From IMG/VR virus record IMGVR_UViG_3300018080_000148, positions 25,923-89,922 of that record: a stretch of DNA of 64,000 bases. One strand, 5' to 3'. Each line of letters begins with the position of its first letter. Positions within the stretch are counted from its first letter, which is position 1. Under the pieces are notes generated by a model. The model was not told the origin of the DNA. It made no database searches and saw only the letters and a program-made list of their open reading frames with translations. Of this stretch, positions 20,726 to 30,202 are shown piece by piece. The DNA is from a virus. The position numbers and the translations under genes are program-made.

Positions 20726-20759
20726 AAAAAAAGACCGTCACGCTGGGCGTGACGGTCTT
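20726..20759 (-). terminator. intrinsic terminator
   Basis: AAGACCGTCACGC-CCA-GCGTGACGGTCTT followed by T-run. Confidence 0.8.
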
Positions 20760-20784
20760 GGCTGATTGTTAAAGTAGTGGTGGG

Positions 20785-21012
20785 TCAGCACACGTCGCCA
20801 CATCTACGCCCGTACAGTTCTGCGTTCACTGTGGCAAGAACCTTCTTGAGAACTGCACGCTCTAATTCATTGTCCATATCCGGCCCATGCAAGGCCATTT
20901 CTTGGATCAATCCATGGTATTGACGCAACCCCGCCCAGGCTTGGTCTCTCGTGGCGTTAAGCATTGCTGCTCGATCATCTGGGTTTTCCGGTGGGCTTTC
21001 CGGCACTGGCAA
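20785..21012 (-). CDS. hypothetical protein
   Basis: 75-aa ORF ending before the terminator. Confidence 0.55.
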   Translation of the reverse strand: MPVPESPPENPDDRAAMLNATRDQAWAGLRQYHGLIQEMALHGPDMDNELERAVLKKVLATVNAELYGRRCGDVC

Positions 21013-21208
21013 CTTCCTTTCTGATCTCTCGATCAGCTTCTCGAAGGTCTTCGGTAATATCCACTTCTTTTAATCCCTGCTTGAAGGCGGTAACAGACCC
21101 GCCCAGGGACCGCATTACGCTTGGAAGCCTGCTACCGAATAAAAGAAGCATTATTCCAGCGATAATCAAAAGCTCGGTGGGTCCGGGCATTCCGATGAAG
21201 GCGAACAT
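20975..21208 (-). CDS. tatA: twin-arginine translocase TatA/E
   Basis: GPTELLIIAGIMLLLFGSRLPSVMRSLGGSVTAFKQG TatA signature. Confidence 0.9.
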   Translation of the reverse strand: MFAFIGMPGPTELLIIAGIMLLLFGSRLPSVMRSLGGSVTAFKQGLKEVDITEDLREADREIRKEVASAGKPTGKPR

Positions 21209-21217
21209 GGGGAACCC

Positions 21218-21514
21218 TTATGCTTGATTGATTTCGGACGTAACCTTGAAACATTGTCGGCAGAGATAGTTGGCAATGGCCACGGAATCGTGTGGCCAAA
21301 AACCCTCCCCTTCGGGATTGAGCCGAGGAGGATCATTATCATGGATGCGGCAGATCGAAGCATCACCACCGGTCATTTCCATGGCCGTGAGGATCAGTTC
21401 GGCCTCTGCGCCGCAGTGGACGCATTTCATGGTCTCGGGCCAAGGGGCCTGCCAACTGGCGTCTACCCCCTTGTTGCCGATGTAAACATCTACGTGTTCT
21501 GCGGGTTCGCTCAT
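21218..21514 (-). CDS. Zn-binding hypothetical protein
   Basis: CVHC...CRQC. Confidence 0.6.
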   Translation of the reverse strand: MSEPAEHVDVYIGNKGVDASWQAPWPETMKCVHCGAEAELILTAMEMTGGDASICRIHDNDPPRLNPEGEGFWPHDSVAIANYLCRQCFKVTSEINQA

Positions 21515-21522
21515 TTTTTCTC

Positions 21523-22278
21523 TCAGCACATGTTGATGGGATTTTGACCCTTGGTGAACTCTCGGGCGACCGCTTCTTCGATGGGCTGAATGTTGAAGGC
21601 GTCAATCAAATAGCCCCGATTACCGCTCAAGCCGATAACCAAGGGATCAATCACTCTCGGCGGCGGCGGGATTCGTCTCTTTTCGATGTCCTCGTGGTAA
21701 GTCCACTTGTCAGCCTCTTCGATCAGGACCACGCTGTCGAATTTGTCTTTATGCGTCCTGATTTTTTGTCGGACTTCATGAGGGATCACACCACTGAAAC
21801 GACGGTAGATTTGAGTGGTGGCCCTAACCTGTACGAACGGGGTCCATCCGGTTCTTCTGCGAAGCCGCTTGGCACGCAGTTCCAGTCGCTTGACCACATC
21901 CTTGAAGTATTCGTCCAACACACTGGGGGGAGAGGTGGTGTGGGAGGAGGAGCCTCTGTCACGAAATTCCACCCTGAAACGACAGACCCCTTGGGGGTTT
22001 TCGTAGCTGCCTCTTCCGAAGATGTTGTAAACGGCGAAAGTCGGCCATGGGCCTCGTCGCATCTTCAAGAAACTCATGTCGATGGGGTTGAATTGTTGAG
22101 CAAGCTGAAAGTCAGCAATAGCGGCAGCCACTTGTTCTTCGGCGGCTGCTTCGACTGGAAGCATGTCTCTTCGCAGCCGCTTGAGGGATTCTAGGTCGTT
22201 TCCTGGGGCTTTATCACCCACGTGGGTTGTTTGGATCTGGGCGATCATGGCACCGGGTTTGGGGGTAGTAGCAAACAT
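21523..22278 (-). CDS. hypothetical protein
   Basis: Start MFATTP with AGGAG SD; C-terminal DPLVIG motif. Confidence 0.65.
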   Translation of the reverse strand: MFATTPKPGAMIAQIQTTHVGDKAPGNDLESLKRLRRDMLPVEAAAEEQVAAAIADFQLAQQFNPIDMSFLKMRRGPWPTFAVYNIFGRGSYENPQGVCRFRVEFRDRGSSSHTTSPPSVLDEYFKDVVKRLELRAKRLRRRTGWTPFVQVRATTQIYRRFSGVIPHEVRQKIRTHKDKFDSVVLIEEADKWTYHEDIEKRRIPPPPRVIDPLVIGLSGNRGYLIDAFNIQPIEEAVAREFTKGQNPINMC

Positions 22279-22313
22279 AACGCACTCCTTCACATGGGGC
22301 TGGGGAAAAACAG

Positions 22314-22399
22314 TGGCCGAGGCGGGACTTGAACCCGCACGGGCGTTACCGCCCACAGGATTTTAAATCCTGAGTGTCTGCCAATTCCACCACTCGGCC
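22314..22399 (-). tRNA. tRNA-Leu(TAA)
   Basis: Cloverleaf; CAGGA-TTTAAAA-TCCTG; long variable arm; no CCA. Confidence 0.95.
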
Positions 22400-22849
22400 C
22401 AACACTTTCGCTCGCAACTCTTCGAGTGTCATGTCGTGGTCTTTCTTGACCTCATTACACCGACTGCACAGTAGTTGCAAGTTGGACTCTTCTGTTTTGC
22501 CGCCTTTGGACTTGGGGGTTATATGATCCATGGTCATCAGGACCGCTCTGCCGCTCTTAAACACTCCATAGAGGTTGAAGTGAGGCGGTCTAGCACCACT
22601 GGATTCCAGCCAGAAAAACTTGCCTTCGACACCACAGCACGCACACTTTTGGGTGCGGCCCAAAAGCTTCATGCGTTCACCACTCATTTTCACATTGAAA
22701 GTTCGCCATTGACCATCAACCTGCGCACGAACCTTCCACCGTTTTGGCCCAATCCGATTGAGAACCGGGCTGAGCCAAAACTTGGCAATTCGCTTCATCC
22801 CTCTCGGGGTGGGGTCTTGGAGTTTTCTCATAGCGGGCCAATGCATCAT
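22346..22849 (-). CDS. HNH endonuclease
   Basis: CACC, DHITPKSKGG, NLQLLCSRCN. Confidence 0.85.
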   Translation of the reverse strand: MMHWPAMRKLQDPTPRGMKRIAKFWLSPVLNRIGPKRWKVRAQVDGQWRTFNVKMSGERMKLLGRTQKCACCGVEGKFFWLESSGARPPHFNLYGVFKSGRAVLMTMDHITPKSKGGKTEESNLQLLCSRCNEVKKDHDMTLEELRAKVLGRVVELADTQDLKSCGR

Positions 22850-23319
22850 TCCATTCCTTGTGCGATCTTTACCTCGTTGAGCAGTTCTTCGGACCAGACG
22901 GTCCACGTAGGGTCTGACCAGGGCGGGTCTTTGTTGATGTCGTCGGGATTGACTTTGAGCACACAGTAGTCACCATTTTCCACCTGATGAAACTCAATGA
23001 TTTTGACGTTTTTCTTGTAGTCGTTGCTTACATCATAGGCAGCAAGCGGACGACCGGTTTTCCCTTCTTTTACAACCGGCTCTCCCAATCGCAAATTGCC
23101 ATCCTCCATAACCCGCACTGTCTGGGCGGTAAAACCCAATTCAGTGTGAGGAAGCATAATTGCCCGCTCAATGTCGTCCGGTTCTTGGACGTAGTAGTTG
23201 CCGTCCTCATAGCGGCATTTGGTTTTTTCTGGCTGTTGTGTTCGCAGGTAGAAAACTGTTGCAAGAACGATCAACAGGGCCATGACGGCGAAAGTGAGGC
23301 CATTACGTAGCTTCGTCAT
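22846..23319 (-). CDS. membrane-anchored hypothetical protein
   Basis: N-terminal TM segment. Confidence 0.65.
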   Translation of the reverse strand: MTKLRNGLTFAVMALLIVLATVFYLRTQQPEKTKCRYEDGNYYVQEPDDIERAIMLPHTELGFTAQTVRVMEDGNLRLGEPVVKEGKTGRPLAAYDVSNDYKKNVKIIEFHQVENGDYCVLKVNPDDINKDPPWSDPTWTVWSEELLNEVKIAQGME

Positions 23320-23659
23320 CCTTCACCTCCTCAAAATGTTTCCCTTTATCTAAGTAAGCCAACTCCCTGATCCAATGGAGAAAATTGTGTCCGCCATGTT
23401 CTCCGGTTTTGAGAAAGTGTTGCTGCTTTGGGGTCCAAGCTTCATCGCCTTCGGGTTCTTCATCTTCACCAACAACTTCCCACACCTTTTCCTCTCGCCA
23501 GAATGGTGGATCAAAAACCCAAGAATGTCCACAATTCCAGCAGGTGATGCCCTCACAGACAAATTCTGTATCGTCCCGCTCGTCGAACTTGCCTTGATAG
23601 GCCCAGTTCGCCTTTTTGCACTCAGGGCACCAATCTTTAACCCACATGGAACCGTTCAT
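23303..23659 (-). CDS. Zn-ribbon hypothetical protein
   Basis: CPEC...CWNC; start coupled to upstream stop. Confidence 0.6.
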   Translation of the reverse strand: MNGSMWVKDWCPECKKANWAYQGKFDERDDTEFVCEGITCWNCGHSWVFDPPFWREEKVWEVVGEDEEPEGDEAWTPKQQHFLKTGEHGGHNFLHWIRELAYLDKGKHFEEVKDDEAT

Positions 23660-23871
23660 GCAACTTTCTCCGGGTATTTCTTGCCACAGATTGGGCAGTA
23701 GGTGGGGACTACGGTGATGGGTTTTTTGCGTTTCTTCTTGTCGATTTTTTCCACCGCCAGCAGGGGCAGTGACCGCATCCTGCCCCGCTCGAAGTCCATT
23801 TGCATGGTCGTCACAATGCGGGTGTTGTAATCTTCGAGGGCTTCTTGGGTTTTTTCCAAGCAATCACACAT
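23656..23871 (-). CDS. small Zn-finger protein
   Basis: MCDC...YCPICG. Confidence 0.65.
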   Translation of the reverse strand: MCDCLEKTQEALEDYNTRIVTTMQMDFERGRMRSLPLLAVEKIDKKKRKKPITVVPTYCPICGKKYPEKVA

Positions 23872-25240
23872 CTTCGTCTTCCTTGTTCTTCTCTTTAAGT
23901 TCCTTGGCCCACTCGGAGAAGTTTTCTTTGCTCAAATCGTCGTCCGTCGTGTCGGCAAAGTCCTGTAGCATTTCCGCAACGCTGGAAAAGGGACCGTGCA
24001 TTTCAGCCGTCCCTTCTTTTATCTCGTCCATGCGATCATGCATCTCTTCCAAGAACGCCTTATTGTCTTCGGGACCACCATGAAAGCTAATGTCCCAATA
24101 AACGGCGTCAATGATTTCTAGAAGAGTGAAGGGGTAGTGGCACTTCAGATGCAGAGTGTTTTTGCCTAAATCTGAAACCCACTCACGCACTTCCATTTCT
24201 GTGTTGATGGAGAGAGGGAGATGGACCAATTCGTTCACAGGCGTGTAAGAAACGCCGTAATTTTGTTCTTCGGGCGGCTCGTCTCCGGTTTCTGCGTAGT
24301 GCTTCAATAGGTCTTCGTCGCAGGGGCCGAGGCCGTGGAAGTCGTAGTTGAGATCGAGCGACACACGATGAGCACGGGATTTGTTCTTCTCTACCCAACG
24401 GTGAACTTCTCCAGTGCGATAAATCTCCAGGCGGTTTACCACCGTGTCCGGTTCACACGGCTCTTTGGCCTGCGCATGAAATTCGTCGATGGCTCGGCAC
24501 CACGAGTAACAAGAGATGAACTGTTTGAGATCTTCGTGAGCCTCAACGAAGTTGAACAGATCCCCCAGCGTCATGCCATCCACGTTGCACGTGTGCATCA
24601 AGTAGTTGATGGGATTGAAGATTTGCTCACCATCTTCATTGAACAACCCTTGCGGCATCAAAACCAACGATTTTTCGGAGTGGCTGCCGAAAAGGTGGTA
24701 GAGAAGATCAAGTAGGGTATATCCCCACTCGCTCGTGATCGTTTCCTTGCCGCAGAACAGTTCTACCTTTTCGTCGATCTTCAACGGAGCGTAGGGGTGG
24801 AGACAGGGAGTGTGATCGCTATCGTAGGTGGTTTTTAAAATCCCATCCTTGACTTCGAGTTTCTGAAAGAGGGTGATCGGGTCGTCGGAGATGGGGCCGG
24901 GTAATTCGTGGTAGATGTCGAAACCGGGCAAAAACCAGCCGGTTAGCCCCAAGAGAAGATCGTCGCCTTCCACAATTTCCATGATGTCACGAACGGAGAC
25001 ATCTTCAGTGAATTTGATGGGGTCACGCAGAGCGGCCCAGGTGTTTTTGGGCGGACTCTCTACGTCGAAGAAGAATTCCTCGACCTCTTCTTTGTCGGGC
25101 GTGGCCGAGACCACTTCCTTGGTCTCGTCGTTGATGACGGCCCAGAGGTTGCCCTGCTTCTTGACCGTGTGATCGCCTCGGCGATCAGAATTCCATCTAC
25201 GGAGGGTCAGTCCGTTGCGTGCTATCTGAAGATTTCTCAT
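23864..25240 (-). CDS. hypothetical protein with internal duplication
   Basis: 458 aa; repeated (Y/F)TLL(D/E) modules. Confidence 0.7.
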   Translation of the reverse strand: MRNLQIARNGLTLRRWNSDRRGDHTVKKQGNLWAVINDETKEVVSATPDKEEVEEFFFDVESPPKNTWAALRDPIKFTEDVSVRDIMEIVEGDDLLLGLTGWFLPGFDIYHELPGPISDDPITLFQKLEVKDGILKTTYDSDHTPCLHPYAPLKIDEKVELFCGKETITSEWGYTLLDLLYHLFGSHSEKSLVLMPQGLFNEDGEQIFNPINYLMHTCNVDGMTLGDLFNFVEAHEDLKQFISCYSWCRAIDEFHAQAKEPCEPDTVVNRLEIYRTGEVHRWVEKNKSRAHRVSLDLNYDFHGLGPCDEDLLKHYAETGDEPPEEQNYGVSYTPVNELVHLPLSINTEMEVREWVSDLGKNTLHLKCHYPFTLLEIIDAVYWDISFHGGPEDNKAFLEEMHDRMDEIKEGTAEMHGPFSSVAEMLQDFADTTDDDLSKENFSEWAKELKEKNKEDEDV

Positions 25241-26031
25241 CCGTGATTCCCACTTTCTCCAAAAACCAAATGGCGGACAGATTGTCCAGTATCTTTCAAT
25301 TCTCGGAGAGATTCAATCCCTATTTGCAGGTGTTGTGAGGTGAACTGTTGGGTCACTTCGTCATCCCCCTTGTCCGTTTTTACGCCTTCGGGGGTCATAG
25401 GCATGTCCGAGCATAGTAGGAAGGCGCTGTGCGGGATGTGATTGGCGAAGCTGACGATAAAGAAGGTTGCCGTCTCCATGTCAATGCCGATACACCGAAG
25501 TGAATGGAGATACTCCTTGAACTTCTCGTCATGCTCCCACAGTCGGCGGTTCGTTGTGTAAACCATGCCGGTGTGGTAAGCAAGTCCGTTGTCAGTGATG
25601 ACGTGAGCGGTAGCCTGCATCATCTGGAAAGATGGTAGGGCTGGAACCTCGGGTGGATAGTAGCTGTCGGATGTACCCTCGCCACGGATAGCGGCAATAG
25701 GAAGGATGAAGTCGCCGACGTTCACAAACTCTCTCAATCCTCCGCACTTGCCCAAGAACAACACAGCCTTGGGGTGGACCACCGATAGAAGGTCGCATAG
25801 GGTTGCCGCCATTGGCGAACCCATGCCAAAGTTGATGATCGTGATGCCGTCCGCTGATGTGGCGGTTTGCATGGGATTGCCAAGACCACGCATCTGACAA
25901 TCCTCAACCAGGGCGAACTCCTTCACATAGGAAATAAAATTGGTAACGAGGATATACCGGCCAAACCCATCCAAGGGCGTGTCGGTGTAGCGAGGCAGCC
26001 AATTTTCTGCTATTTCACTTTTGGTCTTCAC
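25237..26031 (-). CDS. amn: AMP nucleosidase (short type)
   Basis: KTKSEIAENWLPRYT, FGMGS, FLGKCGGL, IRGEGTSD, IDMETAT. Confidence 0.9.
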   Translation of the reverse strand: MKTKSEIAENWLPRYTDTPLDGFGRYILVTNFISYVKEFALVEDCQMRGLGNPMQTATSADGITIINFGMGSPMAATLCDLLSVVHPKAVLFLGKCGGLREFVNVGDFILPIAAIRGEGTSDSYYPPEVPALPSFQMMQATAHVITDNGLAYHTGMVYTTNRRLWEHDEKFKEYLHSLRCIGIDMETATFFIVSFANHIPHSAFLLCSDMPMTPEGVKTDKGDDEVTQQFTSQHLQIGIESLRELKDTGQSVRHLVFGESGNHG

Positions 26032-26197
26032 TGTCGCAAAACCCTTCGCCCAAGACATCGAATTCGTGGGTGTAACCATTTAACCCACGCTCTTGCCAGC
26101 AACCACAATCCCAGCGAACAGTGTCGCCTTCGTCGTAATTGATGATAATCCCCGTGCGGCAGTTGCCGCACGGGGATTCGGTGTTCATGAATTTCAT
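26015..26197 (-). CDS. small Cys-containing hypothetical protein
   Basis: 60-aa ORF filling the operon. Confidence 0.5.
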   Translation of the reverse strand: MKFMNTESPCGNCRTGIIINYDEGDTVRWDCGCWQERGLNGYTHEFDVLGEGFCDSEDQK

Positions 26198-26505
26198 TTT
26201 GGTCGTCTCGGAGGCTTTTTACCTTGCTTGTGGTTCGCCAGCAATTTCAAAAAAGCTTTGGCAAAAGCTGGCGGCAGTTCAACTTTTTGGCTCAGAAGGC
26301 CCATTGTCCCCTTCATGAGGGTGCCGTTACAGCCAAAATTGCAAATGTCGATTCCGCCATCCTCGAAGAGGTAGAAGTCGTACCAATTTCCTTCTACTTC
26401 GATTTCACCGAGAAATGTGGATGGGTTGGTTGGGTCGTAGCCAAACCGCTCGATTTTCAATGCCCGCTGTTCTTCCGGTGTCATTTGATTCCAGGGCTTT
26501 TCCAT
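26194..26505 (-). CDS. hypothetical protein
   Basis: 103 aa; AGGAG SD. Confidence 0.6.
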   Translation of the reverse strand: MEKPWNQMTPEEQRALKIERFGYDPTNPSTFLGEIEVEGNWYDFYLFEDGGIDICNFGCNGTLMKGTMGLLSQKVELPPAFAKAFLKLLANHKQGKKPPRRPK

Positions 26506-26556
26506 TGCGGGGTTCTCCTTGTGGAAATTGTAGCCCAGGAAGAGTGAATTGTAAAC

Positions 26557-26748
26557 GAGAGTCCCCGTAAGCCGGATTCTGTTCTATGCCGCCATTTATC
26601 TGTTGGCCACTACCCGGCGTCACAGGGTTGCTCACCCCCTCAGCCTGTTTGTGTTGCAACCTGGGTGGTGTGTGCGGGCGATGCCCTCCCACCGTGAGCA
26701 ATGTTGTCCGGACTTTCCTCACCGAAGTGCGGCGGCTCGGGACTACTC
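26557..26748 (-). ncRNA. rnpB: RNase P RNA, minimal (catalytic domain only)
   Basis: CR-I GAGGAAAGTCCGGAC, CR-IV AGATAAATG, CR-V ACAGAATCCGGCTTA; P1-P8 and P15-P17 pairings; TATACT -10 at 26757-26762. Confidence 0.92.
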
Positions 26749-26782
26749 TTAGACACAGTATAGCGGAAAAGGTTCGCCTCCC

Positions 26783-27922
26783 CTACTTCCCTTCCTCTTC
26801 CCCCTTACGACCGGAGGTTTGCTGTAAGTCGTGTGGCCGCAATTCTTTGCGGCATGCATGAACAGCAGCGGCAATCACCTGATGCATGTCGTAGTATTTG
26901 TAGGTTCCCAGCCGTCCACCAAAGATTACATCGGGCTCTTGCTTGGCAGCCTCCTGGTACTTTTTGCACAAGGCGTTGTTCTGTTCGTCGTTGATCGGGT
27001 AATACCGGGGTTCTCCCGGCTTCCATTCTTGCGGGTACTCGAATGTGAAGACGGTCTTCTCTTGTGTGCCGAACTCGAAGTGCTTGTGTTCAATGATCCG
27101 GGTGTGTTGCTTTTCTTCTTCGGTGTAGTTGACAACAGCGTTGCCCTGCATGTCTCCGGTAGACGTTACGTGTGTAAACCTTAGAGAACGATACTCCAAA
27201 GGACCGTGCATGTACATGAAGAACTCATCGATGGGGCCAGTGAACACCAACTTCTTGGCCAACCTCTGCCAATCTTCCCCTGGGGTGAATTTGCAATTCA
27301 GTTCAAGGTCAATGCCCTTTAGCATCTTTTCAACGATTTGGGTATAACCGCCGATAGGGATGCCCTGGTATCTATCCTTGTAGTAGTTGTCGTCATAAGT
27401 CAGTCGGATCGGCAATCGTTTTATGATGAAAGCTGGCAACTCCTTGGGATCTCGGCCCCACTGTTTCTTCGTGTACCCTCGAATGAATATTTCGTAGATC
27501 TCTTCGCCAACCTGAGACAGAGCCCATTCCTCTAAGTTGCTGGGGTTTTCACACGGCACACGGACAGACGCCAGTTTCTTTTCCGCTTCTTCTGGAGATC
27601 CCACGCCCCATAATTGATGGAGGGTCAATAGGTTTATGGGGAAGGAGTACATTCTTCTCTTGTATCTTACCTTTGGGCGGTTGACGAAGTGGTTGAACTC
27701 GGCGAACCGGTTTACGTAGTTCCAGATTTCGTAGCTGTTGGTATGAAAGATGTGAGGTCCGTGGCAATGTACGTTGATGCCGCCAACGTTTCTCGTATAG
27801 ATGTGCCCAGCCACATGCTTGCCTCTTTCCCAAACAAGGACTTTTTTGCCATTCATTGCCATTTCATGGGCGAAGGTGGCACCGTATAGTCCTGCGCCCA
27901 CTACAAGATAGTCGTATTTCAT
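26783..27922 (-). CDS. glf: UDP-galactopyranose mutase
   Basis: VVGAGLYG, HGPHIFHT, YTKKQWG, YQGIP, GRLGTYKYYDM. Confidence 0.95.
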   Translation of the reverse strand: MKYDYLVVGAGLYGATFAHEMAMNGKKVLVWERGKHVAGHIYTRNVGGINVHCHGPHIFHTNSYEIWNYVNRFAEFNHFVNRPKVRYKRRMYSFPINLLTLHQLWGVGSPEEAEKKLASVRVPCENPSNLEEWALSQVGEEIYEIFIRGYTKKQWGRDPKELPAFIIKRLPIRLTYDDNYYKDRYQGIPIGGYTQIVEKMLKGIDLELNCKFTPGEDWQRLAKKLVFTGPIDEFFMYMHGPLEYRSLRFTHVTSTGDMQGNAVVNYTEEEKQHTRIIEHKHFEFGTQEKTVFTFEYPQEWKPGEPRYYPINDEQNNALCKKYQEAAKQEPDVIFGGRLGTYKYYDMHQVIAAAVHACRKELRPHDLQQTSGRKGEEEGK

Positions 27923-27955
27923 ATTTAATAATTTCACCTTCTGCTATATACAATC

Positions 27956-28645
27956 ATGATAGATATGACGCACAATTTTTTCGATTCACATCCGGATTTT
28001 TATGAGGGCGACTATGCCAACCAACCTGAGGCTATGTCTCTTAGGTTCAAGGCCATCATTGGCGACAATGTTGAAATTATACGAGGAGCCAGAATAGTTG
28101 ACCTTGGCTTTTTTGATGGACGGTGGGGTTTTGCCGCATTAAAGAACGGAGCCCAGTTCGTTAGGGGGTACGATGCCAGAAAAGAAAACCTAGATCGAGC
28201 AAAGCATTTGTTCGAGAAGTATGGCATGAAGAACTATGAATTTGTACAACTCAATTTAGATACGCATCCAGAGGGAATTGTCGGCCACTACGATGTGGCG
28301 TTTGTTTTGGGGTTGATTTATCACACGGCAAATCACTTGTCGCTATTGAGTCACATAGTAGATACTGGCGTGAAACACATTATTGTTGATTCCAATGTTA
28401 TACGCAGTAATAAACCCACCGTGCTGTTGAAGTGGGAGAACACAAGCAAGTTGGCGTGTGGTTTTTCTGAAGTCGCAACAGTCCCCGTCGCTGTTCCGTC
28501 TGTAGGATCTCTTAAGCTGCTATTGAGCTATTTTGGCTTTAATCAATTGAGGTTTTTTGATTGGAGCAACATCCCCAAAAGCAACATAAGATCACTGGCT
28601 AAATATCGCAAAGGTGAACGAGTCACATTCGTGGCTTCTAAATGA
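27956..28645 (+). CDS. class I SAM methyltransferase
   Basis: RIVDLGFFDGRW, LGLIYH; paralogue of 37923..38588. Confidence 0.8.
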   Translation: MIDMTHNFFDSHPDFYEGDYANQPEAMSLRFKAIIGDNVEIIRGARIVDLGFFDGRWGFAALKNGAQFVRGYDARKENLDRAKHLFEKYGMKNYEFVQLNLDTHPEGIVGHYDVAFVLGLIYHTANHLSLLSHIVDTGVKHIIVDSNVIRSNKPTVLLKWENTSKLACGFSEVATVPVAVPSVGSLKLLLSYFGFNQLRFFDWSNIPKSNIRSLAKYRKGERVTFVASK

Positions 28646-28674
28646 AAAAGCCGTCGCCCAAAAGGGCGACGGCT
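28646..28674. terminator. intrinsic terminator
   Basis: AGCCGTCGCCC-AAAA-GGGCGACGGCT; T-run on the minus strand. Confidence 0.75.
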
Positions 28675-28822
28675 GTTATTTTCTAGGGGCCAGTTTTGAC
28701 ATTGCCCACGCTGAACTGAGCAGGATCACCCTCCTGGCCCCTGACCCCATTCCCGATAAGAATCGAGGTTCTAAGTAAATGGTCGGGTTCAGCGAACCCA
28801 GTTCGGGCTGTTCTATCTTATG
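28675..28822 (-). ncRNA. putative structured small RNA of unknown family
   Basis: TATAAT at 28830-28835, terminator downstream, several stems and a possible pseudoknot, no convincing ORF. Confidence 0.55.
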
Positions 28823-28843
28823 TATCCCTATTATATCAGATTC

Positions 28844-29194
28844 TCAGTGAATCCGAATCACAATCCCGCTTCCGTTGTAGTACCAGAAAAAGTTTGGGGG
28901 ATACGGCTTGTAGTAATACGGGTTGATGTAATACGGGTGCGGGTACGGTCGTGGTGCAGGTCGATACCAATGGTGATGGTAGAAATGTGGATTCAATCCA
29001 TGCCTTTGAAAACCAGGGTAGTACCCATGGTGGTTCATAAATGTGGCAGCCTTTTTGGGCGCATGAGTTGATGGCGTAGGTGGCTTTGGGAAATGCGCAG
29101 AAGCTCTTGGGTGTCTCACCGTTTGGGCTGCCGCCACTCCACCAAATAAAATTGCGACTGCAATGAATGCCGCTATTGCGTAAATCATTTTCAT
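28844..29194 (-). CDS. secreted His/Pro/Tyr-rich protein
   Basis: Signal peptide ending AAA-Q; low-complexity HYP tail. Confidence 0.65.
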   Translation of the reverse strand: MKMIYAIAAFIAVAILFGGVAAAQTVRHPRASAHFPKPPTPSTHAPKKAATFMNHHGYYPGFQRHGLNPHFYHHHWYRPAPRPYPHPYYINPYYYKPYPPNFFWYYNGSGIVIRIH

Positions 29195-29233
29195 ATTTAT
29201 CCTTTCTGTTCGCAGTTCTATATATTGTTGACA

Positions 29234-30202
29234 ATGAATATTCTAGCATCTACTACACGACAATGGAACTGCGGAGACGAATTCATTTTCTTTGGTGTTC
29301 GGAATCTCCTGGAAGAGTTTTACAAAGATAGCATCAATTGGGTTATCTATGATCGCAACCCCGACCTACACGACAAAGGCAGAATTTTGAGTGATAGTTG
29401 GAGGGGTCGTGGGCTAGATTACATTGATGAGATAGTTATTGCCGGATCTCCTCAGTGGTTCGGCAAATCGATGCGGGATCTTTTCGAGAAGGTTTTGAGT
29501 GATAAAAGAAGTCCTATTTTTCTAGGCATTGGTTTGGGCAGCAAGAATGATTCATTTGCGGGCAACGCACGTGACCTTGCCGTCCTTCGTCAGGCTGCTC
29601 TTATTACCACTCGTGATCCCCGTGCAAAAAAAGCTGTTGAACAACAAGCTGGAGTGTCAGCCATTTCGAGAGTATGTCCAGCTTTTTTCGCTTCCAAGTC
29701 TGCCAACATACGCAGAAGGAGTAGGGTAGGGTTCTGCTTACAAACAAATGCGGGCAGGGGTGGGCATGGAATCACCAAGGAGTTGATGGACGGCGCTATT
29801 GAGTTGTACAAAGACATTGGCGGAACGATCATCTGTCACTATATGGATGAATTTGAGTATGCCGCCAGAAACTTCAGTGATGTGGTTTATTCAAGCGATG
29901 CGGTGGATTATTTGGATATTTACAACCAGTTCGATGTGGTAATTAGTACGAGATTGCATGGTGCCATTTTGGCCCATTCACTGGGGATTCCGAGTTTTGT
30001 TTTAACCAGCGGGGATGGCAAACACACTCAAAGGTGTTCGGGTGCTGCGAACATGTTTCCCCATCTGGTTGCCACTGCGCCAAATAATGTGCCTGCCCTT
30101 CTCAAGGAATTGGACATAGAGGGGGTATCAAAGAGCATCGTTCTCTTCAAAGACCGAGAGAGGGTTAATTATCTTGAATTGTTGCAGGAGAAATTGAACT
30201 AG
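29234..30202 (+). CDS. polysaccharide pyruvyl transferase family protein
   Basis: WNCGDE, GIGLG, TTRD, STRLHGAILAHSLGIP. Confidence 0.85.
   Translation: MNILASTTRQWNCGDEFIFFGVRNLLEEFYKDSINWVIYDRNPDLHDKGRILSDSWRGRGLDYIDEIVIAGSPQWFGKSMRDLFEKVLSDKRSPIFLGIGLGSKNDSFAGNARDLAVLRQAALITTRDPRAKKAVEQQAGVSAISRVCPAFFASKSANIRRRSRVGFCLQTNAGRGGHGITKELMDGAIELYKDIGGTIICHYMDEFEYAARNFSDVVYSSDAVDYLDIYNQFDVVISTRLHGAILAHSLGIPSFVLTSGDGKHTQRCSGAANMFPHLVATAPNNVPALLKELDIEGVSKSIVLFKDRERVNYLELLQEKLN

Noticed and set aside
28685-28742. tmRNA, SRP or 6S identity for the structured RNA
   Set aside because: No T-arm/CCA end, tag ORF, SRP helix-8 motif or 6S rod visible.
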